From: Pustulibacterium marinum
GTDB lineage: Bacteria; Bacteroidota; Bacteroidia; Flavobacteriales; Flavobacteriaceae
Length of the DNA: 64,000 nucleotides
Direction: 5' to 3'
Assembly: GCF_900116665.1 (NCBI RefSeq)
Contig: NZ_FPBK01000015.1
Location: 1-64,000, forward strand
The notes below the pieces were generated by a model. It searched no databases, was not told the origin of the DNA, and saw only the letters and a program-made list of their open reading frames with translations. Positions 21,386 through 30,179 of the stretch are shown in pieces (within the stretch, counting starts at the first letter, position 1; the number at the start of each line of letters is the position of its first letter). The position numbers and the translations under genes were made by a program.

Positions 21386-21922
21386 ATGCAAAAAGCGATT
21401 TTCGCAGGCGGATGTTTTTGGTGTACGGAAGCAGTTTTTCTGAAAATAGAAGGAGTTCAAAAAGTAATTAGTGGATACACAGGAGGAAAAATTAAAAATC
21501 CATGTTATAGAGAAGTGGCAATGGGATTAACCAGCCATGCAGAAGCTATTCAAATAGAGTTTGACGAGAGTAAAGTTACCTATGAAAAGCTTTTGGAAAT
21601 ATTCTTTGCAACGCATGATCCTACAACGCTAAACAGACAAGGAAATGATGTAGGAACACAATATAGATCTGAAATATTTTATACAGATGAAAATCAAAAA
21701 AATATTGCAGAATCTTTTATTCAATGGTTAACAGAGGAGAATATTTTTTCAAAATCCATTGTAACTAAAATTTCACCTGCCATGCCATTTTATGAAGCAG
21801 AGGATTATCATCAAAACTATTACAATTTAAATAGCTCGCAACCCTATTGCCAAATCATCATAGATCCTAAAATTGCCAAATTGGAGAAATATTATGCGGC
21901 GCAACTAAAGAAAGCACAATAA
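21386..21922 (+). CDS. msrA: peptide-methionine (S)-S-oxide reductase
   Basis: A GGCFWC active-site motif near the N-terminus. 178 aa. Confidence 0.85.
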   Translation: MQKAIFAGGCFWCTEAVFLKIEGVQKVISGYTGGKIKNPCYREVAMGLTSHAEAIQIEFDESKVTYEKLLEIFFATHDPTTLNRQGNDVGTQYRSEIFYTDENQKNIAESFIQWLTEENIFSKSIVTKISPAMPFYEAEDYHQNYYNLNSSQPYCQIIIDPKIAKLEKYYAAQLKKAQ

Positions 21923-21994
21923 TTGGTATTGTTTTTGAGTTGTTTATTGTAATTTTAAGAAGTTTTTAGCGACTATTAGTAAGAACCAAAAAGT

Positions 21995-22321
21995 TTGATA
22001 GCAAGAATGAAGAAGAACAAGAAAAGATTTTTGATTGCCGGGATTCTGTTAGATTTAATAGGTATGGCCTCTTTTACGGTTCCGGTATTGGGTGAATTAT
22101 CAGATTTAGTATGGGCTCCAATTTCTGGATGGATCATGTCAAAAATGTATAAAGGAAAAGAAGGTAGAATTGCAGCGAAAATAGCAATGATTGAAGAGAT
22201 ATTACCTTTTTCAGATATTATCCCAACTTTTACCATTATGTGGATTTATACATATGTAATAAAATCTGAAGACAAGGATGAAGGAAGATTAATTCCTATT
22301 AGAATTCGTTCTAACAGATAA
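21995..22321 (+). CDS. small membrane protein, hypothetical
   Basis: 108 aa with two TM segments. It is followed by a strong terminator. An antisense 86-aa ORF (21976..22236) is an alternative; the coding strand is uncertain. Confidence 0.35.
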   Translation: MIARMKKNKKRFLIAGILLDLIGMASFTVPVLGELSDLVWAPISGWIMSKMYKGKEGRIAAKIAMIEEILPFSDIIPTFTIMWIYTYVIKSEDKDEGRLIPIRIRSNR

Positions 22322-22340
22322 TTAAAAATTATAAATAAAC

Positions 22341-22380
22341 AATAAAAGCGCAGTCACCAAAATGACTGCGCTTTTTATTT
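22341..22380. terminator. bidirectional rho-independent terminator
   Basis: gcgcagtca-ccaaaa-tgactgcgc with a T5 run downstream and an A-run upstream. It lies between convergent genes. Confidence 0.75.
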
Positions 22381-22416
22381 GAGGGAATATAGATTATTGA
22401 GGGAACAATAAAATGA

Positions 22417-22980
22417 TTATTCTACAGTAATAGGGAAGGTAGCATCAAAATCGGTTTCACCACCAGCGTTGGTCATGTCACCATCACTTACTCCTTCAGC
22501 ATCCTTTTCAGGTTCATGCTTTAAAACTATCTGTAAAGTAGCATCGCCTGCTTCACCAGTAGTTAGTATAAAATGAACTCCAACTGGATTTCCTTCATCT
22601 TCTATATCGTCATAAGTAGTACTAGCAATAGCTTCACCCGTTGCAATGTAAAAGAATTGGTGGTCTAAGTTTTCTTCTTCTACTTCTTCGGTTACATCTT
22701 CCGCTGGATCTTCAGTTTCGTTTAATAACTGAATGGTTCCGTTGTAAGTTGCATTGGCTGCAAAATTTCCATCAACAGTAATTACAGGATCATCTGGTCC
22801 GTCTCCATCTAAATCTTGAGATTGTAATGTGATGGTTTGTGAACCACTGGTTAAAGTAACATTCATGGTTGTAATTACTTCTTCTTCGTTAATAACTACA
22901 GGAGTATCATCGTCATCAGAACAACTGAATAATGTGATACTTGAAATAAATATTGCGCTTAATAATTGTAATTTTTTCAT
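22417..22980 (-). CDS. acidic lipoprotein, hypothetical, co-transcribed with a TonB-dependent receptor
   Basis: Lipoprotein signal MKKLQLLSAIFISSITLFSC followed by an SDDDD tract. Very acidic overall. Starts 3 nt after the TBDR stop. Confidence 0.5.
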   Translation of the reverse strand: MKKLQLLSAIFISSITLFSCSDDDDTPVVINEEEVITTMNVTLTSGSQTITLQSQDLDGDGPDDPVITVDGNFAANATYNGTIQLLNETEDPAEDVTEEVEEENLDHQFFYIATGEAIASTTYDDIEDEGNPVGVHFILTTGEAGDATLQIVLKHEPEKDAEGVSDGDMTNAGGETDFDATFPITVE

Positions 22981-22982
22981 AT

Positions 22983-25388
22983 TTAATAATTTAATGTAAG
23001 TTGTAATCTAAAGTTTCTACCTAGGTCATCTGCATAGTAGCGTTGTCTATTTAAATAGTTACGGTAACTAGTGTCTAAGATGTTATCTACGTAAAAACCT
23101 ATGTTTAAATCGTTTCTTTTAAATGTATTTAGTGTAATCTGAGAATTAAAATGTAATAATCCATATCCCTTTGGAGGTTTACTTAAAGCTACTGTTCTGG
23201 TCACTGTTCCCTCTGATGACGTATAAGTAGCTTCAAAATCGTTATTTGGATAACGAGTTTGGGTAAACACTGTTTGAGCTTTGAGCCCAAGTTGTAACTG
23301 ATGCCATTTTGGAATGTTGAATTTTATTTCATTGGTCCAATTGGCAGCAGGTATATCTATAATTGGAGTTTTTTCTTCTGAATTTTGAGCATACACGTAT
23401 GCAAATGAAGAATTAAGTTTCCATCTATCTGTAATGTTATAAGATGCATCAGCATCTACACCGGTAAAAAATGCATCTGCCTGGCTATATTCCCAAACAG
23501 GAAAAGCTCCTCGTGTGGTTTGCTCAATTCCAGTAGGTTGTAAAACAATAAAATCCTTGATAAAATTGATATACGGATTGATATTAAAATTGAAATCACC
23601 GTATTGTTTTTCAACTCCTAAGCTAATTTTTTTAGAGATCTCTTGTTGTAATCTAAGATCTCCTAGTTCTATGGTCGCAGCGGAATGGTGAAGACCATCA
23701 CTAAACAATTCTGCAGCATTGGGCGCTCTGCTCGCCATACTTGCATTGGCTGTGAAAATGTAATTGTTGTGAACAGATTTGATACCTGCTGTAGCTGAAA
23801 AATTGTGGTAATCAAAAATAGGATTGGTTAACCATTGCGTGTCATAATCTCCAATGATAATATCTTCAAAATCTTCGTCGTAACCACGTTCTGTCCATCT
23901 TGATTTTCTATAATATTTTTGAGCATCAATATGATTAAAATCATAACGAATACCTGCATCTATAATGGTATTATCTGTTAATTGATGTTCGGCTGTAAAA
24001 TAAGCTGCAGCGTTTATTTGTTCATAATCTGGTATAAGTCGTCTTACGCCGGTATCTGGATTAGGAGTGTTCTTTTGATACCCGCCTGAAAGTCCAAAAT
24101 TCATTTTCAACTTCTGAATTGCATCTAGTTGAAAGTCTGTATTTACCGTATGGGTATTCAGTACCATGTCCATAGAAGGCGTGTCACGGTCATCACCTCT
24201 TCGGATATCGTATTCTTTTCTTTGATTGTTTTGAAAATCATACTGAACCGATAATTTTCCTAATTCTGAAAAGCGCTTGTAAAAATCAGCTTTCACCAAA
24301 TGATGTTGTACATCTTGGTATGGATGTATTAAATCATACGTAAAATCATTGATAATCGTGGGCTCATTACTTTCCAAAGCGTCTACTAAATCTCCGATAC
24401 TTCCAATATGAGATGCTCGTAGAATACCTATTTGCGTATCATACAAACTGTAGTAAAGATTGAATCCGTAATCAAATTTTCGAACTCCCAATCCTAGTGA
24501 AAAGTCCTTTTCTGTAGAACCTGTGTTGGATAAGATATAATCTGGAGCTTCATAATCTCCAAATTTCTTGTAGGTTCCCTGTCCTTTTACGTACCAACCA
24601 TTTTGGAAAGACTTGGTCAAAGAAGACGTTAAACTTCCTCCTTGGCCGTTACTAACTCCTGTAAGCGTTGTTTTTCCATAAAGTGAATCAGATTTTATAG
24701 GTTGTGAACCATCAACTATGATTACACCTCCAATGGCGTCACCACCATATTTTAAAGCTGAAGCACCTTTTACAACGGTAATATGCGAAGCTGAATTAAT
24801 GTCCAAATTTGGAGCATGTTCTACACCCCATTCTTGGTCTTGTAAGCGTACGCCATTGTTAATTACTAAAACCCGGCTACTATGCATACCATGGATTACC
24901 GGTTTTACAATAGAACTCCCGGTGCTTAGGGAAGATACGCCACTTACGCTTGTAAGGGCCGTTCCCAAATTACTGCTGCTGTAAGCTTGAATAGCATCTT
25001 CGTTCAGTTCTTTGGTGTTTGAAGAAACTGATGCCGGATTTAATTTAACACCAGAAACGGTTACTTCACCAATTTCTTCTAAGTGGTGTTCAAGCTTTAT
25101 GTTTTGTTTCGTATCACCATCTATATTAAAAGTTACAATAGTGCTCTCACATTCCGGATGCGAAATTTGTAACTCAACAGTTCCGTTACAAAGTTGTGGT
25201 ATAATGTAATTACCATCAAAGTCGCTTGTTACTTCAGTATCTGTGCCTATTACTTGAATTAATGCTCCAAAAAGGGGAGAGCCATCATGAAAATCTGTAA
25301 TAGTCCCTGAAAGGGTTTGGTTACACTCCTGTGCTGAAGCAATCAAAGAAGTTGTCAAAAATAGAATGACAACAAATAATTGTTTCAT
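22983..25388 (-). CDS. TonB-dependent receptor with N-terminal carboxypeptidase-regulatory-like domain
   Basis: Signal peptide. A plug-domain region. 801 aa. The C-terminal residue is aromatic (...LQLTLNY), which is typical of TBDR barrels. Confidence 0.8.
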   Translation of the reverse strand: MKQLFVVILFLTTSLIASAQECNQTLSGTITDFHDGSPLFGALIQVIGTDTEVTSDFDGNYIIPQLCNGTVELQISHPECESTIVTFNIDGDTKQNIKLEHHLEEIGEVTVSGVKLNPASVSSNTKELNEDAIQAYSSSNLGTALTSVSGVSSLSTGSSIVKPVIHGMHSSRVLVINNGVRLQDQEWGVEHAPNLDINSASHITVVKGASALKYGGDAIGGVIIVDGSQPIKSDSLYGKTTLTGVSNGQGGSLTSSLTKSFQNGWYVKGQGTYKKFGDYEAPDYILSNTGSTEKDFSLGLGVRKFDYGFNLYYSLYDTQIGILRASHIGSIGDLVDALESNEPTIINDFTYDLIHPYQDVQHHLVKADFYKRFSELGKLSVQYDFQNNQRKEYDIRRGDDRDTPSMDMVLNTHTVNTDFQLDAIQKLKMNFGLSGGYQKNTPNPDTGVRRLIPDYEQINAAAYFTAEHQLTDNTIIDAGIRYDFNHIDAQKYYRKSRWTERGYDEDFEDIIIGDYDTQWLTNPIFDYHNFSATAGIKSVHNNYIFTANASMASRAPNAAELFSDGLHHSAATIELGDLRLQQEISKKISLGVEKQYGDFNFNINPYINFIKDFIVLQPTGIEQTTRGAFPVWEYSQADAFFTGVDADASYNITDRWKLNSSFAYVYAQNSEEKTPIIDIPAANWTNEIKFNIPKWHQLQLGLKAQTVFTQTRYPNNDFEATYTSSEGTVTRTVALSKPPKGYGLLHFNSQITLNTFKRNDLNIGFYVDNILDTSYRNYLNRQRYYADDLGRNFRLQLTLNY

Positions 25389-25444
25389 AAAAAATATAAT
25401 AAGTTAAATGATAAAAAGCGTATGCTTTTGTTTGTTGAAATCAA

Positions 25445-25756
25445 TTAACTTAAAAATGGAGGAGGTTTGTTGTACAGCGTAATAGCAGAGAGTTTGCTGT
25501 ACTGAATTTCTAACGCGGTAATTTCTGTTTGTTTATTGTAGTGCATTTCCGGTAGCGGATTGAAAACAATAACATCTGAAGAAATCAAAGGCAGTGCATC
25601 TTGAGAAAGTACAAATTTACAAACATCGCAATGTTCTACCTTATGCTTGTCTCCATCAATAATATGGCTTATAGCATGCAGATTTGACATTTTAACCGAT
25701 ACAAAAGCGATTAAAAAGAAAATAGCGATTCTATGTTTGTATACTTGTTTCATCAA
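25445..25756 (-). CDS. hypothetical secreted protein
   Basis: 103 aa. The N-terminus is a hydrophobic signal-like segment. Confidence 0.35.
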   Translation of the reverse strand: MMKQVYKHRIAIFFLIAFVSVKMSNLHAISHIIDGDKHKVEHCDVCKFVLSQDALPLISSDVIVFNPLPEMHYNKQTEITALEIQYSKLSAITLYNKPPPFLS

Positions 25757-25812
25757 GCTGCAAACTTAGATAATACTAAATGCTTTGTGTGTTAAAAAAA
25801 AGTAAAATGTAT

Positions 25813-26124
25813 TTATTTCTTTTTTTTAATAAATCTGCTAAATGTCTTTTTTTCAAAATTCCAGAAGAATTTAAATTGTCCAAAAACAGTTCCCACCAAA
25901 AGAAGTAATGGAAAATAGATGGGCAAAATAGCAATTATTTCAACTATGATGTATAGCACTTTTGCGTACCAGATATCTCCAAAAAATGTTTTAGAAAATC
26001 CCAGAGCATGTAAAATAGGACGTATGATATAGGCCGAAGTGGATCCGGTGATGGCAAAAACAATAAAAATGAGAGTTAATTGAAAATTGGAAGTAACGTT
26101 CCAGCGTTGTTTTAGCTTTTTCAT
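25813..26124 (-). CDS. hypothetical small membrane protein
   Basis: 103 aa with two or three TM helices. Confidence 0.35.
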   Translation of the reverse strand: MKKLKQRWNVTSNFQLTLIFIVFAITGSTSAYIIRPILHALGFSKTFFGDIWYAKVLYIIVEIIAILPIYFPLLLLVGTVFGQFKFFWNFEKKTFSRFIKKKK

Positions 26125-26127
26125 AAA

Positions 26128-26577
26128 TTATATGCGTGGAACAAATGGTCCCAAACGTTGTGCGTATTTGCGTTGAAAGTAAATAAAATAGTTGTAAAGT
26201 TGATAGTTTACTTCGTATCCATAATCAATATTGTTTTGGTAATTAATTTGCATTTCGTACAAATTTGGGTTGTATTGCATGGGTTGTGAAGCTCTACGAT
26301 TCCACTCATTTACATAAAAGATATTTCGGTTTTCTAAAAAAGTCTGAGAATAATAGCCTCTTGGTCTGGCAATTCCCTGTAACCAACTGTTGTAACCAGG
26401 GTCTATAATAATAATTTCATATTCTAGTGAGTCATTCTCTATGGTAACGGTATCGTTGGTTGATTTATTAAAAATATCATTTTCGGAAGCTGAAATGGTA
26501 GGTTTTGGTTGATTGCATGCAGTAATAGTTGCAAGTATTGCAAGAGCAAAAAAGAGATATGTATACCTTTTTTTCAT
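26128..26577 (-). CDS. hypothetical lipoprotein
   Basis: Lipobox ...LATITAC. 149 aa, Tyr/Asn-rich. Confidence 0.4.
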   Translation of the reverse strand: MKKRYTYLFFALAILATITACNQPKPTISASENDIFNKSTNDTVTIENDSLEYEIIIIDPGYNSWLQGIARPRGYYSQTFLENRNIFYVNEWNRRASQPMQYNPNLYEMQINYQNNIDYGYEVNYQLYNYFIYFQRKYAQRLGPFVPRI

Positions 26578-26759
26578 AGAAATATAAAGGTACGGAAATT
26601 TGATTGGGAAACCTTCAATTGTACTTGGTTTTATTTAGAATGAATTTAAACATGTTAAATTTTTAATTGATTCAAAAAAAATATCTAATTTAATAAAGAA
26701 TTTTCCTTCTATATGTTAATGCAGTTTCCCCCTGAATAAATAATATAAAATAGTAACGA

Positions 26760-27296
26760 ATGGGGACAGTCATAGATTGCTTTATACCTAAAGAAAAAAC
26801 ATACACTATTGAAGAACTGAATAGCATGTTAAGAGCTGTATATTTTGATTGTATGCTTGAGTATGAAAGCTTAGAAAAGTTGGGAAACTATTCGGAGGGT
26901 TTTCATGGTGAATGGTCATTTGAAAATGTAGAGGAAAGTTCAGAGAATTGTACATATATTACAGGTGAAGGCGGTAGTTTTTTTGTAGATATTTATGAAC
27001 ATGTGATTCATATTTGTTGTCTGGAAAGATTTTCTAATCTATATATTGAATTTTCCCCTATTTCTAGAGCTTTGTTGGTTATTTTTAAAGAATTGTGCAA
27101 GACACTGGCTCCAGAAAATACCCAAATGCTTTTGGTAATTGGAGGGAATGGAGAAACCGATGAAATACTAGATAGAATTGCTGAAAACCAAGTTACCATG
27201 CAAGATATTATGGCTGGTTTAGAATCGTTATTTTCTGATCCTGCAAGAATGCCTTCGGATCTAATAGAAAAAAACTGGCTGTTAACTTCTTTATAG
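26760..27296 (+). CDS. hypothetical cytoplasmic protein
   Basis: 178 aa with no recognisable motif. It converges on the XRE regulator with a 6-nt overlap. Confidence 0.4.
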   Translation: MGTVIDCFIPKEKTYTIEELNSMLRAVYFDCMLEYESLEKLGNYSEGFHGEWSFENVEESSENCTYITGEGGSFFVDIYEHVIHICCLERFSNLYIEFSPISRALLVIFKELCKTLAPENTQMLLVIGGNGETDEILDRIAENQVTMQDIMAGLESLFSDPARMPSDLIEKNWLLTSL

Positions 27297-28061
27297 TTTA
27301 TCCTTTAACTTTAAGAATTCCTGCTCTAAGAAACTAAGTTTTTCTTTAATATCCTCAGCTCCGCTATTCGTTTTAATCTCTGGAATTCTGTGATAAAAAC
27401 AATACCGTATTTTCCATAGCATTTGAATATCTTTCAAACTCAGCGTTATATCTTCAATACTTTTATGATCCGCTCTAAGAATTACCTTTTTATCAGTAAG
27501 ATAGAATCGTCTTAAAATTACTTTTTGATTTGCAATCACAACTACAATACTTCCATTAGGAATCTTTTTAAAAACATCTTTTGGAATCAATTCTCCAATG
27601 ACCACATCTTTAGGAAAAAGACCATGATCATGGTCGGTCATTTCAAGATTTTGAACTGTATAACCTAGAAATTCTTTTTGAGTATGTAAAGGAAGTTGGA
27701 GACAAGGAAGTGTTTCCATAAACTCAGGATTTTCAAAGTTATTCAGAAAGTCAGCCTCATTTCTTTCCGTAATACAAGGTATCGATTTGAATTTCTCCTT
27801 TAGTTTTTCTTCTACATTTAAAGATAAATCTCCTTGAAACTTTAGTAATTTATTTACCGTAAGTTCTTTGGTTAGTAAATCGTCTACAGTGATGCTAAAA
27901 TAATTAGCTATTTTTAGTAAGGTATCTATTTTTGGTTCACTTCGTCCTTCTTCATAAGCACCTAGTGTACCACGTTTTAGATCAAAAACATCGGCAAAAG
28001 CTTGCTGACTCATGTTCTTTACATTTCTAATCTTCCTAATATTTTTACCAAAAAAAGACAT
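27291..28061 (-). CDS. XRE-family HTH transcriptional regulator with a LexA/CI-like (S24-fold) C-terminal domain
   Basis: The N-terminal HTH_3 is NMSQQAFADVFDLKRGTLGAYEEGRSEPKIDTLLKIANYFSITVDDLL. The C-terminal beta-rich segment GSIVVVIANQKVILRRFY...KVILRADH has an S24-like pattern. The catalytic Ser-Lys dyad is not obvious, which suggests a non-autocleaving repressor. Confidence 0.6.
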   Translation of the reverse strand: MSFFGKNIRKIRNVKNMSQQAFADVFDLKRGTLGAYEEGRSEPKIDTLLKIANYFSITVDDLLTKELTVNKLLKFQGDLSLNVEEKLKEKFKSIPCITERNEADFLNNFENPEFMETLPCLQLPLHTQKEFLGYTVQNLEMTDHDHGLFPKDVVIGELIPKDVFKKIPNGSIVVVIANQKVILRRFYLTDKKVILRADHKSIEDITLSLKDIQMLWKIRYCFYHRIPEIKTNSGAEDIKEKLSFLEQEFLKLKDKL

Positions 28062-28063
28062 AT

Positions 28064-28195
28064 TTAGCTAATTTTATTTGCAATTATAAAAATATATTGT
28101 ATATTTATCTAAAAATATTAGCTAATATACAAATAAATTGCTAATCAGATCAACTTAGAGAATGTTTGTAGAAATATTTCTAAAATGATTAGCAA
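28064..28195. promoter_or_regulatory. divergent promoter/operator region with four palindromic TTAGCWAA motifs
   Basis: ATTTAGCTAAT at 28062-28072, ATTAGCTAAT at 28117-28126, TTGCTAAT at 28138-28145, and its reverse complement ATTAGCAA at 28188-28195. The paired sites are about 50-53 bp apart. The region is AT-rich with TAnnTTTG-like -7 elements on both strands. Confidence 0.45.
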
Positions 28196-28332
28196 AAGAA
28201 GTAGAATTATTTTTTAAACCAACCGTTATGATTACAGTATTTTTAATAACTTATGCCAAAATTATTTGCATACTAAAATGCTGCTGTGTGCTTTGGGGCA
28301 TTTTATAAAACCAACTTAAAATTTAGTAACGA

Positions 28333-28728
28333 ATGAAAGATCATTTTCAAATCACTAAAAACTATGTATTAGAACTCAACTTTACTATAACTTACGAAAG
28401 CCGCGAAGAAGAAGTGCTGGTAGTACAAAAAGAAGCCTTTGGAATCAAAAACCTGATTATTGGTGTAGCAGCTCCTATATTAATTATGGAGCAGTTTATT
28501 TTCAACATCAACAGTCAAAACGAAAAGGTGTTCAGAAACCTGTTACAGAAGAATCGTGATATTATTCATGGAGCGTTTTGTTTAGATGAAAGTGGTAAAC
28601 GCGTTATTTTCAGAGATACATTACAAATTGAAAATTTAGACCTCAACGAACTCAAGGGTTCGCTAAACTCATTAAGTTTATTAATGAGTGAATACTCAGA
28701 TAAGATTATTGAATTCTCAAAATATTAA
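28333..28728 (+). CDS. hypothetical protein, possibly YbjN-like, first gene of a PspA-flotillin operon
   Basis: 131 aa, cytoplasmic, mixed alpha/beta. Its stop is 11 nt before the pspA-like start. The YbjN assignment is a weak guess. Confidence 0.4.
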   Translation: MKDHFQITKNYVLELNFTITYESREEEVLVVQKEAFGIKNLIIGVAAPILIMEQFIFNINSQNEKVFRNLLQKNRDIIHGAFCLDESGKRVIFRDTLQIENLDLNELKGSLNSLSLLMSEYSDKIIEFSKY

Positions 28729-28739
28729 AGCCATCGATT

Positions 28740-29450
28740 ATGAACCTATTTAAAAGACTATTTAAAATTGGAGAAGCAGAAGCAAATTCTGCTATAGATA
28801 AAATGGAAGACCCTATCAAAATGACTGAACAGGGAATCCGCGATATGAAACAAGATCTTGAAAAAAGCTTGGAGGCTTTGGCACAAGTAAAAGCCATGTC
28901 TATTCGTTCAAAAAATGAACAGGAAGAGTATCAAGATAAAGCAGCTGATTATCAAAGTAAAGCGATTTTAATTTTGAAAAAGGCTGAAAAAGGAGATATG
29001 GAAACTGCAGAAGCAGATAGATTAGCACAACAGGCATTGATCAAAAAACAAGAGTCAGATCAACAAGCTGAGCGTGCAAAATTAGAAGCTAGTAAATTTG
29101 ATGATTCCATTGCACAACTGGAGAAAAACATTCAGAATATAAAAGCAAGTATCAGCAATTGGGAAAACGAATTGCGTACGCTAAAAGCAAGAGTAAAAGT
29201 ATCCAATGCTACCAAAAACCTGAACAAGCAAATGGCAGAGATTGATAGCAGTAGTACCGTTTCTATGTTAGAACGTATGAAAGAGAAAGTAGCCCAGGAA
29301 GAAGCGTTGGCAGAAGCTTACGGAGATATTGCAAATACTTCTAAATCTGTAGATGACGAATTAAATGCAGCCGTAGATACTACCGAAGCAAAAGCTACAG
29401 ACGATTTAGCAAAATTAAAACAACAATTAGGACTTAATAAACAGGAGTAA
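28740..29450 (+). CDS. pspA: PspA/IM30/Vipp1 family protein (ESCRT-III-like)
   Basis: MNLFKRLFKIGEAEANSAIDKMEDPIKMTEQGIRDMKQDLEKS aligns with the E. coli PspA N-terminus ([43 protein letters not shown]). Entirely coiled-coil. 236 aa. Confidence 0.8.
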   Translation: MNLFKRLFKIGEAEANSAIDKMEDPIKMTEQGIRDMKQDLEKSLEALAQVKAMSIRSKNEQEEYQDKAADYQSKAILILKKAEKGDMETAEADRLAQQALIKKQESDQQAERAKLEASKFDDSIAQLEKNIQNIKASISNWENELRTLKARVKVSNATKNLNKQMAEIDSSSTVSMLERMKEKVAQEEALAEAYGDIANTSKSVDDELNAAVDTTEAKATDDLAKLKQQLGLNKQE

Positions 29451-29452
29451 CC

Positions 29453-30163
29453 TTGAGCAACATAGGTCATATTATATTTTCAGAGGTAAATATAACCCTT
29501 ACCATTCTAATGCTTTTGCTGATCGTCTATTGGATTTTAACCATGGTCAGCGGCATTGACTTTGACTACGATGTAGACATCGATATAGATTTGGATGTAG
29601 ACGTAGATGCAGATGCGGGCATAGAAGGTGGAAATATGGATTTTCAGGATATCTCAAACGCAGAGGTAGACAAAGAGCAAGTAATAGGCAACAGAAGACA
29701 ACCGCTAAAGTGGTGGCAAATTGTGCTCATCTATTTCAACTTTGTAGGGCTACCATTTATGTTCACCTTTACCGCCTGGATTTTTATCTGGTGGTTTGCA
29801 ACAGTACTCATTACCAAATTAACGGGTAGCTATGAAAATGCCTTTGGCTTTGTAGTGATGCTTGGAGCCATGATTCCAGCATTGTTTGTTACCAAAATAT
29901 TTACAACTCCTTTTAAAGGATTCTTCAAGAATCTAAATAAAGACGGCGACAAGGCTGTGGAATATTTGGGCAGAACCGGAATCATGTTGTCTAGTATAGA
30001 AGGTGAACGCATGGGAAATGCCGAAGTCACAATCAACGGAGATTCGTATAACATTTATGTAAAGTCGTTAGACGGATCACCCTTGAAATACCAACAAAAA
30101 ATATTAATCATCAACCAGTCTGCAGACAAGAACTCTTTTCTTGTTCAGGCGTATAACAACTAA
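29453..30163 (+). CDS. NfeD-like (YqiJ-like) membrane protein with C-terminal OB-fold and an acidic (D-V/I)n tract
   Basis: Three TM helices. A DFDYDVDIDIDLDVDVDADAG acidic repeat lies after TM1. The C-terminal beta-rich GNAEVTINGDSYNIYVKS...KILIINQSADKNSFLVQ is typical of the NfeD OB domain. Starts 3 nt after the pspA stop and lies immediately upstream of the flotillin gene, as in yqiJK-type operons. Confidence 0.7.
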   Translation: MSNIGHIIFSEVNITLTILMLLLIVYWILTMVSGIDFDYDVDIDIDLDVDVDADAGIEGGNMDFQDISNAEVDKEQVIGNRRQPLKWWQIVLIYFNFVGLPFMFTFTAWIFIWWFATVLITKLTGSYENAFGFVVMLGAMIPALFVTKIFTTPFKGFFKNLNKDGDKAVEYLGRTGIMLSSIEGERMGNAEVTINGDSYNIYVKSLDGSPLKYQQKILIINQSADKNSFLVQAYNN

Positions 30164-30179
30164 ATAACTTTAATAACCA

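Noticed and set aside
21211-21471. 86-aa ORF overlapping the msrA start
   Set aside because: It overlaps the clear msrA N-terminus (GGCFWC) in another frame and has no support.
27291-28061. Cleavable LexA/CI-type repressor (SOS-like control of the PspA-flotillin operon)
   Set aside because: The C-terminal domain has the S24-like strand pattern, but I could not find a Ser-Lys dyad (no GDSM-like motif: DHDHGLFPKD instead). I call it S24-like and probably non-autocleaving.
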